A DNA stretch of 64,000 bases, taken from the NCBI GenBank assembly GCA_008363385.1, contig RHKY01000005.1, forward strand, positions 128,518 to 192,517. Reading direction: 5' to 3'. How positions within the stretch are numbered: position 1 is the first letter of the stretch; every line of letters starts with the position of its first letter. Below, one piece after another: positions 14,456 through 23,155 of this stretch. The stretch comes from Acidobacteriota bacterium (lineage in GTDB: Bacteria > Acidobacteriota > Thermoanaerobaculia > UBA5066). The position numbers were made by a program, and so were the translations under genes. The notes below the pieces were generated by a model. The model made no database searches, had not been told where the DNA came from, and was given only the letters and a program-made list of their open reading frames with translations.

Positions 14456-15841
14456 ATGACGCCGGTCATACGGGAAAGCTGGGCGTGGGGGAATGATCTC
14501 CTCGTGTCCCCCGGCCCCCTCCGTCCCGGGCGCGAGGTCGCGACGCTCGTCGCCTCGGTGGCGGCGAGCGTCCTCGTCCTGTTCCTCCTCTTCGAGGGGG
14601 TCGAGACGGCCCTCGACCCGCCCGACGAGACGCGGCACCGGCTCCACTACGCCCGGGGCGTCACGACGAGCCTCGTGACGGCCACGGTGGCGGCGGCGCT
14701 GGCGATCCGCCAGCGCCGGAGGCGGGCTCGTTTCCTGGAGGAGGAGGTCGGCCGCCGGACGGCGGAGCTGGCCGAGGCGCGGACCCTCCTGCAGGTGGTC
14801 GTCGACTCGACGCCCGCCTCGCTCCTCGTCCTGGACCGCGACTACCGGGTCGTGACGGCCAACCGGCGCGCGGCCCTCGTCCACGGGACCGAGGTGGCGG
14901 GCCGGACCTGCTTCGAGGCGCTCGCCGGCACCTCGGTGCCGTGTCCCTCCTGCCCGGCCACCGGGACGTTCGCCGAGGCCGGGGCGCCCTGCGCCGCCCA
15001 CCAGCACACCGACCCGCGGACCGGGGAGGTCCTGGAGGTCGAGAGCCACCCGCTCACGCTCCCCGACGGCCGCCGCTGGGCCCTCCTCGTGGAGCGCGTC
15101 GTGACCGAGCAGCAGAAGCTCCAGGCCCGCCTCCTCCACCAGGAGAAGATGGCCGCCTTCGGCCTCCTCTCGGCGGGGATCGCCCACGACCTCGGCAACC
15201 CGCTCGCCTCCGTCGAGGCGCAGCTTCAGCTCCTGGACGACGCCTCGCTCCCGCCCGAGGCGGCCGGGGTCGTAGCCGGGGTGCGCGGGGAGCTGGCCCG
15301 CCTCCGCCGCCTCCTGCGCGAGCTGGTCGACTTCGCGAGGAGGAGGAGGACCGAGGTCGCCCTCGTCGACGTCCGCTCCGTCGTCGAGGACGCCCTACGC
15401 GTCGTCCGCCACGACCCGCGGATGCGCGGCGTCGCGCTCGAGACGGAGTTCGACCCCGAGGCGCCGCCGGTGACGGTCGTCGAGGACCACCTCGTCCAGG
15501 TCGTCCTGAACCTCCTCCTGAACTCCCTCGACGCCCTCCCGCGCGGCGGGCGCCTGCGCGTGGCCGTGGTCGCGGTCCGCGGGAGGGTGGTCCTCCGGGT
15601 CGAGGACACGGGCAGCGGGATGGAGCGGAGCGTCCTGGCGCGCTGCTTCGAGCCCCTGTTCACGACGAAGGAGCCGGGGAAGGGGACGGGCCTCGGGCTC
15701 TCGATCGCCCGGGACATCCTGCGCGCGGCGGGCGGAGGGATCGAGCTGCACAGCGCCCCGGGGCGCGGCACGACCGCGGTCGTCACGCTCCCGGCGGCCG
15801 AGGAGGCCGCGGCTCCCCGGCCGGGCGAGGCGGTGGCGTGA
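14456..15841 (+). CDS. Sensor histidine kinase (TM, PAS-like domain with a Cys cluster, HisKA, HATPase)
   Basis: H-box AHDLGNPL; G-boxes GSGM and GTGLGLSI. Cys-rich segment CFEALAGTSVPCPSCP...C inside a PAS-like region. Confidence 0.8.
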   Translation: MTPVIRESWAWGNDLLVSPGPLRPGREVATLVASVAASVLVLFLLFEGVETALDPPDETRHRLHYARGVTTSLVTATVAAALAIRQRRRRARFLEEEVGRRTAELAEARTLLQVVVDSTPASLLVLDRDYRVVTANRRAALVHGTEVAGRTCFEALAGTSVPCPSCPATGTFAEAGAPCAAHQHTDPRTGEVLEVESHPLTLPDGRRWALLVERVVTEQQKLQARLLHQEKMAAFGLLSAGIAHDLGNPLASVEAQLQLLDDASLPPEAAGVVAGVRGELARLRRLLRELVDFARRRRTEVALVDVRSVVEDALRVVRHDPRMRGVALETEFDPEAPPVTVVEDHLVQVVLNLLLNSLDALPRGGRLRVAVVAVRGRVVLRVEDTGSGMERSVLARCFEPLFTTKEPGKGTGLGLSIARDILRAAGGGIELHSAPGRGTTAVVTLPAAEEAAAPRPGEAVA

Positions 15842-17220
15842 GGTCCCCCGCGCCGTCCCGGCTGATCGTGGTGGAGGACGAGCGGGCGCAGCGCGAGGTG
15901 ATCGCCCGGGCGCTCTCGAGGAGGGGGCACCTGGTGGACGCGGCCTCCTCCGGCGAGGAGGCGCTCGACCTCCTCTCGCGCGGGACCTACGCCCTCCTCG
16001 TCACCGACCTGAGGCTCCCCGGCATCGACGGGCTGGCGCTGATCCGGAAGGCCCACGAGCTGGACGACGAGATCGGCCTCCTCCTGACGACGGCCTACGC
16101 CTCGGTCGAGTCGGCCGTCGAGGCTCTGCGCCTGGGAGCCCACGACTACCTCTTGAAGCCCCTCATCCTCGAGGAGCTGGTCACGAAGGCGGAGAACCTC
16201 CTCTCCCAGCGCGAGCTGGCGCGGGAGAACGCCCGCCTCCGGAGGCTGCTCCAGGCCCGGGAAGGGGGCGACGAGGTCGTCGCGGTCTCGGCGGCGATGA
16301 GGGAGGTGGTGGCCTGGGTCAAGCGCGCCGCCGCCTCGCGCGCGACCGTCCTGATCACCGGCGAGTCCGGGACCGGCAAGGAGGTCCTGGCGCGGGCGAT
16401 CCACCGGCAGGGGCCCGCTCCGGACGAGCCGTTCCTGGCGGTCAGCCTCGCCGCGGTCCCCGAAGGGCTCGTCGAGAGCGAGCTGTTCGGCCACGAGCGG
16501 GGGGCCTTCACGGGCGCCGAGAGGCGGCGGGAGGGGATCCTCCGGGCGGCGGCGCGCGGGACCGTCTTCCTCGACGAGGTGGCCGAGCTCCCCCCCTCCG
16601 TCCAGGCCAAGCTGCTGCGCGCGCTGGAAGCTCGGGAGGTCCAGCCGCTCGGAAGCGACCGCCCCGTCCCGTTCGAGGCCCGTCTCCTGACCGCGACGCA
16701 CCGCGACCTGGCCGCCCTGGTCGCCTCCGGGCGCTTCCGCGAGGACCTCTACTACCGCCTGAACGTCGTCGCGATCCAGATCCCGCCGCTTCGGGAGAGG
16801 CCCGAGGACGTCCCCGCGCTCGTCCACCAGCTCCTGGCGCGAAAGGGCGCCCCCGCCGCCTCGGTGAGCCGCGAGGCTCTCGTGACCCTCTGCCAGCACC
16901 CCTGGCGCGGCAACGTCCGCGAGCTGGCCAACGTCCTGGAGCGGGCCCTCATCCTGGCCGAGGACGGGCGGATCGACGTCGAGCACCTCCCCCTCGACAT
17001 CCGCGGCTCGGCCGGGCCGGGGCTGGGGCTGGAGGAGGCGGTCGCCCGCTTCGAGCGGAGCCACCTGTCGCTCGTCCTGAGGCTCTGCGACGGCAGCCGC
17101 GAGAGGGCGGCCGAGGCGCTCGGGATCTCGGCGGCGACCCTCTACCGCAAGCTCGAGAGGCTCGGCCTGAAGGGGACCGACCGTCCCCGCCCCGGCCGGG
17201 AGCCCTCCGCCCCGGCCTGA
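15838..17220 (+). CDS. σ54-dependent response regulator (NtrC family: REC + AAA+ + HTH)
   Basis: GTG overlaps the HK stop. REC domain (LIVVEDE...D...K), Walker A GESGTGKE, GAFTGA motif, ESELFGHE, C-terminal HTH. Confidence 0.85.
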   Translation: MRSPAPSRLIVVEDERAQREVIARALSRRGHLVDAASSGEEALDLLSRGTYALLVTDLRLPGIDGLALIRKAHELDDEIGLLLTTAYASVESAVEALRLGAHDYLLKPLILEELVTKAENLLSQRELARENARLRRLLQAREGGDEVVAVSAAMREVVAWVKRAAASRATVLITGESGTGKEVLARAIHRQGPAPDEPFLAVSLAAVPEGLVESELFGHERGAFTGAERRREGILRAAARGTVFLDEVAELPPSVQAKLLRALEAREVQPLGSDRPVPFEARLLTATHRDLAALVASGRFREDLYYRLNVVAIQIPPLRERPEDVPALVHQLLARKGAPAASVSREALVTLCQHPWRGNVRELANVLERALILAEDGRIDVEHLPLDIRGSAGPGLGLEEAVARFERSHLSLVLRLCDGSRERAAEALGISAATLYRKLERLGLKGTDRPRPGREPSAPA

Positions 17221-17247
17221 GCCGCCACGCGGGCGTCTCGCGCTTCG

Positions 17248-18162
17248 CTACCCTCGCCGGAGGAGCCAGATCCGGAACTGCACGGCGTCCATCGGAGGCT
17301 GCCCCTCCGGCTGCGCGGAGAGGATCTCGACGGGGCGGTCGTCGCCCGCGTAGACGATGACCGAGCCCTCGGTCGGCTCGACCTTCCCCGGGAACGTGTC
17401 GTGCCCGCCGTACCCCGCGAGCCGCGTCTTGAGGACGGTGACCTTCGGCCCGAAGACGTCCGTGAAGGCGCCGGGCCAGGGGGGCGCGACGGCCCGGACG
17501 AGGTCGTGGACCTCCTTGGCGGGCCGGAACCAGTCGATGGCGCCGTCCTCCGGCTTCCTCCCGCCGAAGTAGCTCCCCTTCGACAGGTCGAGCGGGGTCC
17601 TCGGCGCCGTCCCCGCCTTCAGCTTCGGCCAGGACCGGGAGAGGACCGTCACGGCCGCGTCGCCGACGCGGCGGGCGACGGTCAGCGCGTCGTCGTCGGG
17701 GCCGATCGGGACGCGCTCCTGGTCGACGAGGTCGCCCGCGTCCGGCTTGTCGGTCATGTAGTGCAGCGACGCCCCGGTCTCCGTGGCCCCCTTCAGGATC
17801 GCCCAGTTGACGGGCGAGCGGCCCCGGAAGGCCGGCAGGAGCGACCCGTGCACGTTCAGCGCGCCCCTCGTGGGGATCGAGACGACCGTGGCCGGGATCA
17901 TCCTCCGGAAGTAGAAGGAGAAGAGGAACTCGGGGGAAAGGACGCGGACCCGCTCCGCCTCGGCCGGCTCGTCGAGCGACTCGACGAGGAGGACCGGGAT
18001 CCCGCGCTGCTGGGCGAGCTCCGCCACGGAGCCGAACCAGCGGGTCTCCTTCGGGTCGTCGGGGTGGGTGTAGACGAGCCGGACCGCCTCCCCCGCGTCC
18101 AGGAGCCACTGCGTGCACCTGTACCCGACGTCGCCGTAGGCCGCGATGACGATCCCGCTCAT
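17248..18162 (-). CDS. Standalone ArnA-type formyltransferase (UDP-4-amino-4-deoxy-L-arabinose formyltransferase-like, N- and C-domains, no dehydrogenase domain)
   Basis: HGSLLPAFRGRSPVNWAIL motif resembles the ArnA formyltransferase domain more than Fmt. 304 aa. Translationally coupled to arnC. Confidence 0.65.
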   Translation of the reverse strand: MSGIVIAAYGDVGYRCTQWLLDAGEAVRLVYTHPDDPKETRWFGSVAELAQQRGIPVLLVESLDEPAEAERVRVLSPEFLFSFYFRRMIPATVVSIPTRGALNVHGSLLPAFRGRSPVNWAILKGATETGASLHYMTDKPDAGDLVDQERVPIGPDDDALTVARRVGDAAVTVLSRSWPKLKAGTAPRTPLDLSKGSYFGGRKPEDGAIDWFRPAKEVHDLVRAVAPPWPGAFTDVFGPKVTVLKTRLAGYGGHDTFPGKVEPTEGSVIVYAGDDRPVEILSAQPEGQPPMDAVQFRIWLLRRG

Positions 18163-19130
18163 GGCCTCCCCCCCGGGGCTCCCGCCGCCCCGTGCACCTT
18201 GCGGATCAGGTACCGGGGACGTCCCCGGACCTGCTGGTAGATCCGCCCGACGTACTCCCCCACGATCCCGATGCCGGCCATCAGGACGCCGAGGACGACG
18301 AACGCGAGCGCGAAGAGCGTGAAGACCCCTTCGACCTCCGAGCCGACGAAGACCCGCCTCACGAGGAGGAAGACGCCGAAGAGGACCCCGAAGGCCGACG
18401 TCAGGAACCCCAGGAGCGCGAAGAGCTGGAGCGGGACGAGGGAGAAGCCGGTCATCAGGTCGAAGTTGAGCCTCACGAGGCGGTAGAGCGAGTACTTCGA
18501 CTCGCCGGCCGCGCGCTCCTCGTGCGCCACCGGGATCTCGACCGGGCGCCGGGCGTACTGCATCGCCAGCGCCGGGATGAACGTGGAGGACTCCTCGGAG
18601 GCGGTCATCACGTCGACGACGTCGCGGTGGTAGCCGCGCAGCATGCAGCCGTAGTCGTTCATCCGGATCCCGGAGATGAGGGCCGTCGTCCGGTTCACGA
18701 GGCGCGAGGCGAGGCGGCGGAAGAGGGTGTCCTTCCGGTTCGTCCTCACGGTCGCCACCACGTCGTGCCCCTCGTCCATCCGGGCCACGACCTTCGGGAT
18801 CTCCTCCGGCGGGTTCTGGAGGTCGGCGTCGAGCGTGACCACGTACTCGCCGTCGGTGGCCGTGAAGGCCGCCATGATGGCCATGTGCTGGCCGGCGTTG
18901 CGGACCAGCTCGACGGCCTTGACGGTCCCCGGGTTCTCCGCGGCGGCCTCGCGGAGGATCTCGAGCGACCGGTCGCGCGAGCCGTCGTCGACGAACACCA
19001 CCTCGAAGGGGCGCCCCATCCCGGCGAGCGCCGGGAGGAGCCGCGGCAGGAGCCGCGGCAGGTTGGCCTCCTCGTTGTACACGGGCACGACGACGGAGAC
19101 CTTCCGGGGGACGAACGTCCCGTTCACCAA
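18159..19130 (-). CDS. arnC: Undecaprenyl-phosphate 4-deoxy-4-formamido-L-arabinose transferase ArnC (GT2)
   Basis: Near-collinear similarity to E. coli ArnC motifs (VSVVVPVYNEE, DDGS, TLDADLQNPPEEIP, DYGCMLR, GESKYS, GEYVGRIY) plus two C-terminal TM helices. Confidence 0.8.
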   Translation of the reverse strand: MVNGTFVPRKVSVVVPVYNEEANLPRLLPRLLPALAGMGRPFEVVFVDDGSRDRSLEILREAAAENPGTVKAVELVRNAGQHMAIMAAFTATDGEYVVTLDADLQNPPEEIPKVVARMDEGHDVVATVRTNRKDTLFRRLASRLVNRTTALISGIRMNDYGCMLRGYHRDVVDVMTASEESSTFIPALAMQYARRPVEIPVAHEERAAGESKYSLYRLVRLNFDLMTGFSLVPLQLFALLGFLTSAFGVLFGVFLLVRRVFVGSEVEGVFTLFALAFVVLGVLMAGIGIVGEYVGRIYQQVRGRPRYLIRKVHGAAGAPGGRP

Positions 19131-19139
19131 GAGAGGATT

Positions 19140-20873
19140 CTATCGGGCGGGGGCCGGTTCCCCGCCGGGCGGGGGCCGGTTCGAGAGGAGGGCGTTCTTC
19201 CCGTTGCGGGTGACCGCCAGGACGTGCAGCGGGGTCTCGGAGGCCGGCGGCGGCCCGAAGTGGGGGATCCGGCTCCGGTGGACGATCACCAGGACCTTCC
19301 GAGGCCCGTTCCAGAGGGCCCAGAAGGCGTCGTCGTCCGGGAACATGGGGCTCTGCGGCCCCGCCTGCTCCCGCCCGAAGTCGAGCTCGCTAGAGCCGGC
19401 GTCCCCGATCGGGGTCGTCCGGCCGGTGTAGTAGACCGGGACCTCCAGGAAGTGCCCGCGCTGGACCAGCACGTCCCCGGGCCCCAGCTCGGCCAGGAGC
19501 CGCTCGACGAGCGGCCACGGGGTGACCGTCCGCGCCACGGCGGGGAGGGCCAGGACGGCCCCGAGGAGGGTCGCCAGCCACGGGAGCGCCAGGGCGGGGA
19601 CCGGGTCGGCGGTCCGGAGCGTCCGCCGTTCTCGCGCCATCGCCGTGGCGAGGCAGGCGGAGGCGCCCGCCGCCGCCCCGGCGACCACGAGGGCGGCGGC
19701 GAGGGCGGGGACGCCGAACCGCGCGACGAAGCCGCCGCCCCACCCGAGGACGAGGCCGCCGAGCGCGACGGCGGAGAAGAGGACAGCCAGGACCTGCCGC
19801 TCGCCGTTGAAGGTGGCGCCGCGCCGCCTCGCCCGCTCGACCCCGAGGGCGAGGAGGACCGCGAGCGCCGGCCAGACCGGCAGGACGTACGGGATCAGCT
19901 TCGACCTCGAGAGCGAGAAGAAGACGACGACGAGGACGGACCAGCTCCAGAGGAACGCCTCGGCGGCCCGCTCGCGGAAGGCCGCGCGGGAGAGGCCGGG
20001 CCAGGCGGCCCGGAGCCGGCCGGCGAACACGGTCCAGGGGAGGAGCCCCGAGAGGAGGACCGCGCCGAAGAAGTACGCGGGAGCCCCTCTCTTGTGCTCG
20101 GACCGGAAGAAGCGGTTGAAGTGCTCGTTGACGAAGTAGAAGCCGGGGAACGAGGGCTCTCTGAGCGAGACCGCCACGTGCCACGGCACGGTGAGCAGGA
20201 GGAAGACGAGGAGCGGCCCGGGCGAGAAGAGGCGCCCGACGAGCCGCAGGCGCCCCGCCAGGAGGGCCCAGAGGAGGATCGCCCCGCCCGGCAGGACGAT
20301 CCCGATCAGCCCCTTCAGCATCACCGCCGCCGCGCAGGAGAGGTGGAGCCCGTACAGGGCCCGGCGGGCGCGCCGCGCGTCCCCCTCGGCCTCGGCCTCG
20401 GCGAAGGCGACGAAGCTGAAGACGGCCGCCGTCAGGGCGAGCGAGAGAGAGGGGTCGATGGTGTTGGCCCGGGCCAGCCCGACGACCTGGAGCGAGGTCG
20501 CGGTGATCAGGCCCGCCAGGACGCCCACGCGCCCGCCGAAGCGCCGCCGCGCGAAGAGGAAGGCCGCGAGCGCGAGGCCCGCCGAGGCGAGCTTGACCGG
20601 CAGGCGCGTCACCCACTCCGCCCCCCCGAGGAGCTTCATCGCGACCGCGACGCTCCAGTAGTGGAGCGGGGGCTTCTCGAAGTAGAGGAGGCCGTTCAGC
20701 CGCGGGACGACCCAGTCGCCCGAGGCGATCATCTCCCGGGGGATCTCCGCGTACCGCCCCTCGTCGGGCTCGAAGAGCGGGATCCGCCCCGGCTCCAGGA
20801 CGAGGACCAGGAGGGCGAGGAGGAAGAGGAGCGCGTGCCCGCGCGGGGCGGGCTCCGGGCGCTCGCCGCTCAC
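19140..20873 (-). CDS. arnT: 4-amino-4-deoxy-L-arabinose (or related) lipid glycosyltransferase, ArnT/GT83 (PMT_2) family
   Basis: PLFEPDEGRYAEIPREMIASGDWVVPRLNGLLYFEKPPL matches the ArnT signature loop. Polytopic. GTG start overlaps the wzt stop (GTGA). The upstream part of ORF 19140..21140 is excluded. Confidence 0.75.
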   Translation of the reverse strand: MSGERPEPAPRGHALLFLLALLVLVLEPGRIPLFEPDEGRYAEIPREMIASGDWVVPRLNGLLYFEKPPLHYWSVAVAMKLLGGAEWVTRLPVKLASAGLALAAFLFARRRFGGRVGVLAGLITATSLQVVGLARANTIDPSLSLALTAAVFSFVAFAEAEAEGDARRARRALYGLHLSCAAAVMLKGLIGIVLPGGAILLWALLAGRLRLVGRLFSPGPLLVFLLLTVPWHVAVSLREPSFPGFYFVNEHFNRFFRSEHKRGAPAYFFGAVLLSGLLPWTVFAGRLRAAWPGLSRAAFRERAAEAFLWSWSVLVVVFFSLSRSKLIPYVLPVWPALAVLLALGVERARRRGATFNGERQVLAVLFSAVALGGLVLGWGGGFVARFGVPALAAALVVAGAAAGASACLATAMARERRTLRTADPVPALALPWLATLLGAVLALPAVARTVTPWPLVERLLAELGPGDVLVQRGHFLEVPVYYTGRTTPIGDAGSSELDFGREQAGPQSPMFPDDDAFWALWNGPRKVLVIVHRSRIPHFGPPPASETPLHVLAVTRNGKNALLSNRPPPGGEPAPAR

Positions 20874-22263
20874 GGCTCTCGCCACGCCACCCCCCCGGAG
20901 AAGCTCCACGCCCTCTCGGGCCGCCAGACCCCGGCGTCGGCCGTCGGGGCGTCCACGCGGAACCGGCAGGCCCCGCGCCAGTAGTCGTACGGCGTCCCTC
21001 GCCGGGAGTGGACGGCCACGTCGAGGAGGTACGTCCCCGCGCCCAGCTCGCACCGCGGCAGCGTCAGCCTCACCGTCGCCCTCCCGTCGAACCGCTCGGG
21101 GAGGAGCCCCTCGACGTCGGTGTTGGTCCCGTGGACGCACGTCTCCTCGGGCGTGAAGAGGCCGATCCCGAAGACGAAGTCGGTCAGCGGGCGCCTCGGC
21201 TCGGCCTCGATCTCGACGACGACGGGCTCGCCGGACCGGAAGGCGTACCGCTCGGCGCCGGTGGCGTCGAGGAGGCGGACCGACTTCAGCGCGGCCGAGC
21301 CGTCGCCCCAGCGCCGGGGCCGCTCGGCGGCGGGGGCCGGCGCGGCGGAGTCGGCGGGCGCCTCGACCGGCGCCGGGACCTCCTGGCGCGGGGGCGGGGC
21401 CCCTCGGGCCTCCCCCGGCGGAGGAGGAGGGGCCTCGGAGGGCGCCGAGGCCCGGAGGCCCTCCTGGTCGGCGGCGTGCTCGGCCAGGAGCCGCTCCCCC
21501 TCCCGGGCCGCCACGTCCAGCCGGTAGAGCGAGAGGACCTCGCGCGGCTCGCCGACGGCCCGGACCCGCCCCGCGTCGAGGTAGAGGACCCGCTCGCAGA
21601 GCTCCTCGACGAGGGCGAGCGAGTGGGTGACGAAGAAGATCGTCGTCCCGCGGGCCGCCCGCTCGCGGATCGTGTCGAGGCAGCGGTGGGCGAAGGCCTC
21701 GTCCCCGACGGCGAGCACCTCGTCGACGACGAGGATCGTCGGGTCGACGTGGATGGCCACGGCGAAGCCGAGCCGCACGTACATCCCCGAGGAGTACGTC
21801 TTCACCGGCTGGTCGATGAAGTCGCCCAGGCCCGAGTAGTCGACGATCGAGGGGAGCTTCCTCTCGATCTCCTTGCGGGTGAGGCCGAGGAGGACGCCGT
21901 TGATGACGACGTTCTCCCTCCCGCTGATCTCGGGGTGGAAGCCCGCGCCCAGCTCGATCAGGGCCGAGACCTTCCCGTCCACCCGGATCGACCCCGACGA
22001 GGGCTTCAGGATCCCGGCGACGAGCTTCAGGAGCGTCGACTTCCCGCAGCCGTTCGGCCCGACGACGCCGAACGTCTCGCCGTGCCTGACGCGGAACGAC
22101 ACGCCGTGGAGGGCCTCGACGGTCTCCGAGGGGTGGAGGACGTCCGTCAGGCCCCGCCCCAGGAGGGCCGACTTGAGCGTCCCGAAGGCCCGCGTCCGGC
22201 CCAGCTTCCGGTAGCTCTTGGCCAGGCCCTCCGCGACGACCGCGTCTCCCCTCCCGGCGCTCA
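20870..22263 (-). CDS. wzt: ABC-2 exporter ATPase, Wzt/TagH-type, with a C-terminal β-sandwich carbohydrate-binding-like domain (start approximate)
   Basis: ATPase core (GPNGCGKSTLL, SSGMYVRLGFA, LVVDEVLAVGD, H-loop). ~230-aa C-terminal extension after a Pro-rich linker. The N-terminal ~190 codons of ORF 20870..22843 overlap wzm in another frame and are low-complexity, so the true start lies near 22240–22300 (non-ATG). Confidence 0.7.
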
Positions 22264-23070
22264 GACGGCCTCCGCGAAGGTGTCCCGCAGGCGGTCGAAG
22301 AAGAGCCAGCCGGCGGCGAAGACGGCGGCCGACAGCGCGAGGAGGGTCGCCCACGTCCCGGGCGCCACCCAGCGCCCGTAGAAGAGGGCGTCGTGCCAGG
22401 CGGAGAAGAGCGGGGCGGCGGGGTTGTAGGCGAGGAGCCGTCCGACGCGGCTCCCGGAGAGGTCCCGGAGGTCGTAGAGGACCGGCGAGGCGAAGAACCA
22501 GAGCGACAGGAGCGTCCCGAGGAGGTCCCGCACGTCGCGGAAGTGGACCGTCAGCGCCGCCAGGAAGAGGCCGAGGCCGAGCGCGAAGACCCCCTGCACG
22601 GCGAGGAGGAGCGGCACCTGGACGAGCGGCAGGCCGAGCGCCACCTTCCCCCCGAAGACGCCCGCGGCGCCCAGGAGGAGGCCCGCGAGGAGGACCGGCA
22701 GGGCCAGGAGGAAGTGGACCCCCTGGGCCAGGACCGAGACGACCGGGAGGACCTCGGCCGGGAAGAGGATCTTCTTCAGGAGCGCGCCGTTCGTCAGGAG
22801 CGAGGCCGCGGCGTCGGTCAGGGAAGAGGAGAGCCAGCTCCACGCCAGGAGGCCGCAGAAGAGGAAGAGGGCGTACGGGCTGGTCGCGGGCGACCGGTTC
22901 GGCAGCAGGAGGCCGAAGACCGTCGCGTAGACGGCGAGCATCAGGAGCGGGTTCAGGAGCGACCAGAGGAAGCCGAGGACGCTTCCGCGGTAGCGCGCCT
23001 TCAGCTCGCGCGCGGTCAGCACGGCCACCAGCGTGCGGTGCCGCCAGAGGTCCCCGAGGCCGCTCAGCAA
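22261..23070 (-). CDS. wzm: ABC-2 exporter permease, Wzm/TagG-type
   Basis: 269 aa, six-TM ABC-2 family permease with typical N-terminal ...LTARELKARYRGSVLGFLW. Confidence 0.75.
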   Translation of the reverse strand: MLSGLGDLWRHRTLVAVLTARELKARYRGSVLGFLWSLLNPLLMLAVYATVFGLLLPNRSPATSPYALFLFCGLLAWSWLSSSLTDAAASLLTNGALLKKILFPAEVLPVVSVLAQGVHFLLALPVLLAGLLLGAAGVFGGKVALGLPLVQVPLLLAVQGVFALGLGLFLAALTVHFRDVRDLLGTLLSLWFFASPVLYDLRDLSGSRVGRLLAYNPAAPLFSAWHDALFYGRWVAPGTWATLLALSAAVFAAGWLFFDRLRDTFAEAV

Positions 23071-23155
23071 GGATCGCCCATCCCGGACCGCCGATGATAC
23101 GAAAGGGAGCGAGGACCGGCGGTCGGGGGGTCCGGAGGAGCCTCCGGGGCCCGCT

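Noticed and set aside
18192-21140. ORFs 18192..20984(+), 19390..20616(−) and the 5' extension of the arnT ORF (20874..21140)
   Set aside because: Antisense or alternate frame of arnC/arnT, or an upstream in-frame extension overlapping wzt. Low-complexity composition.
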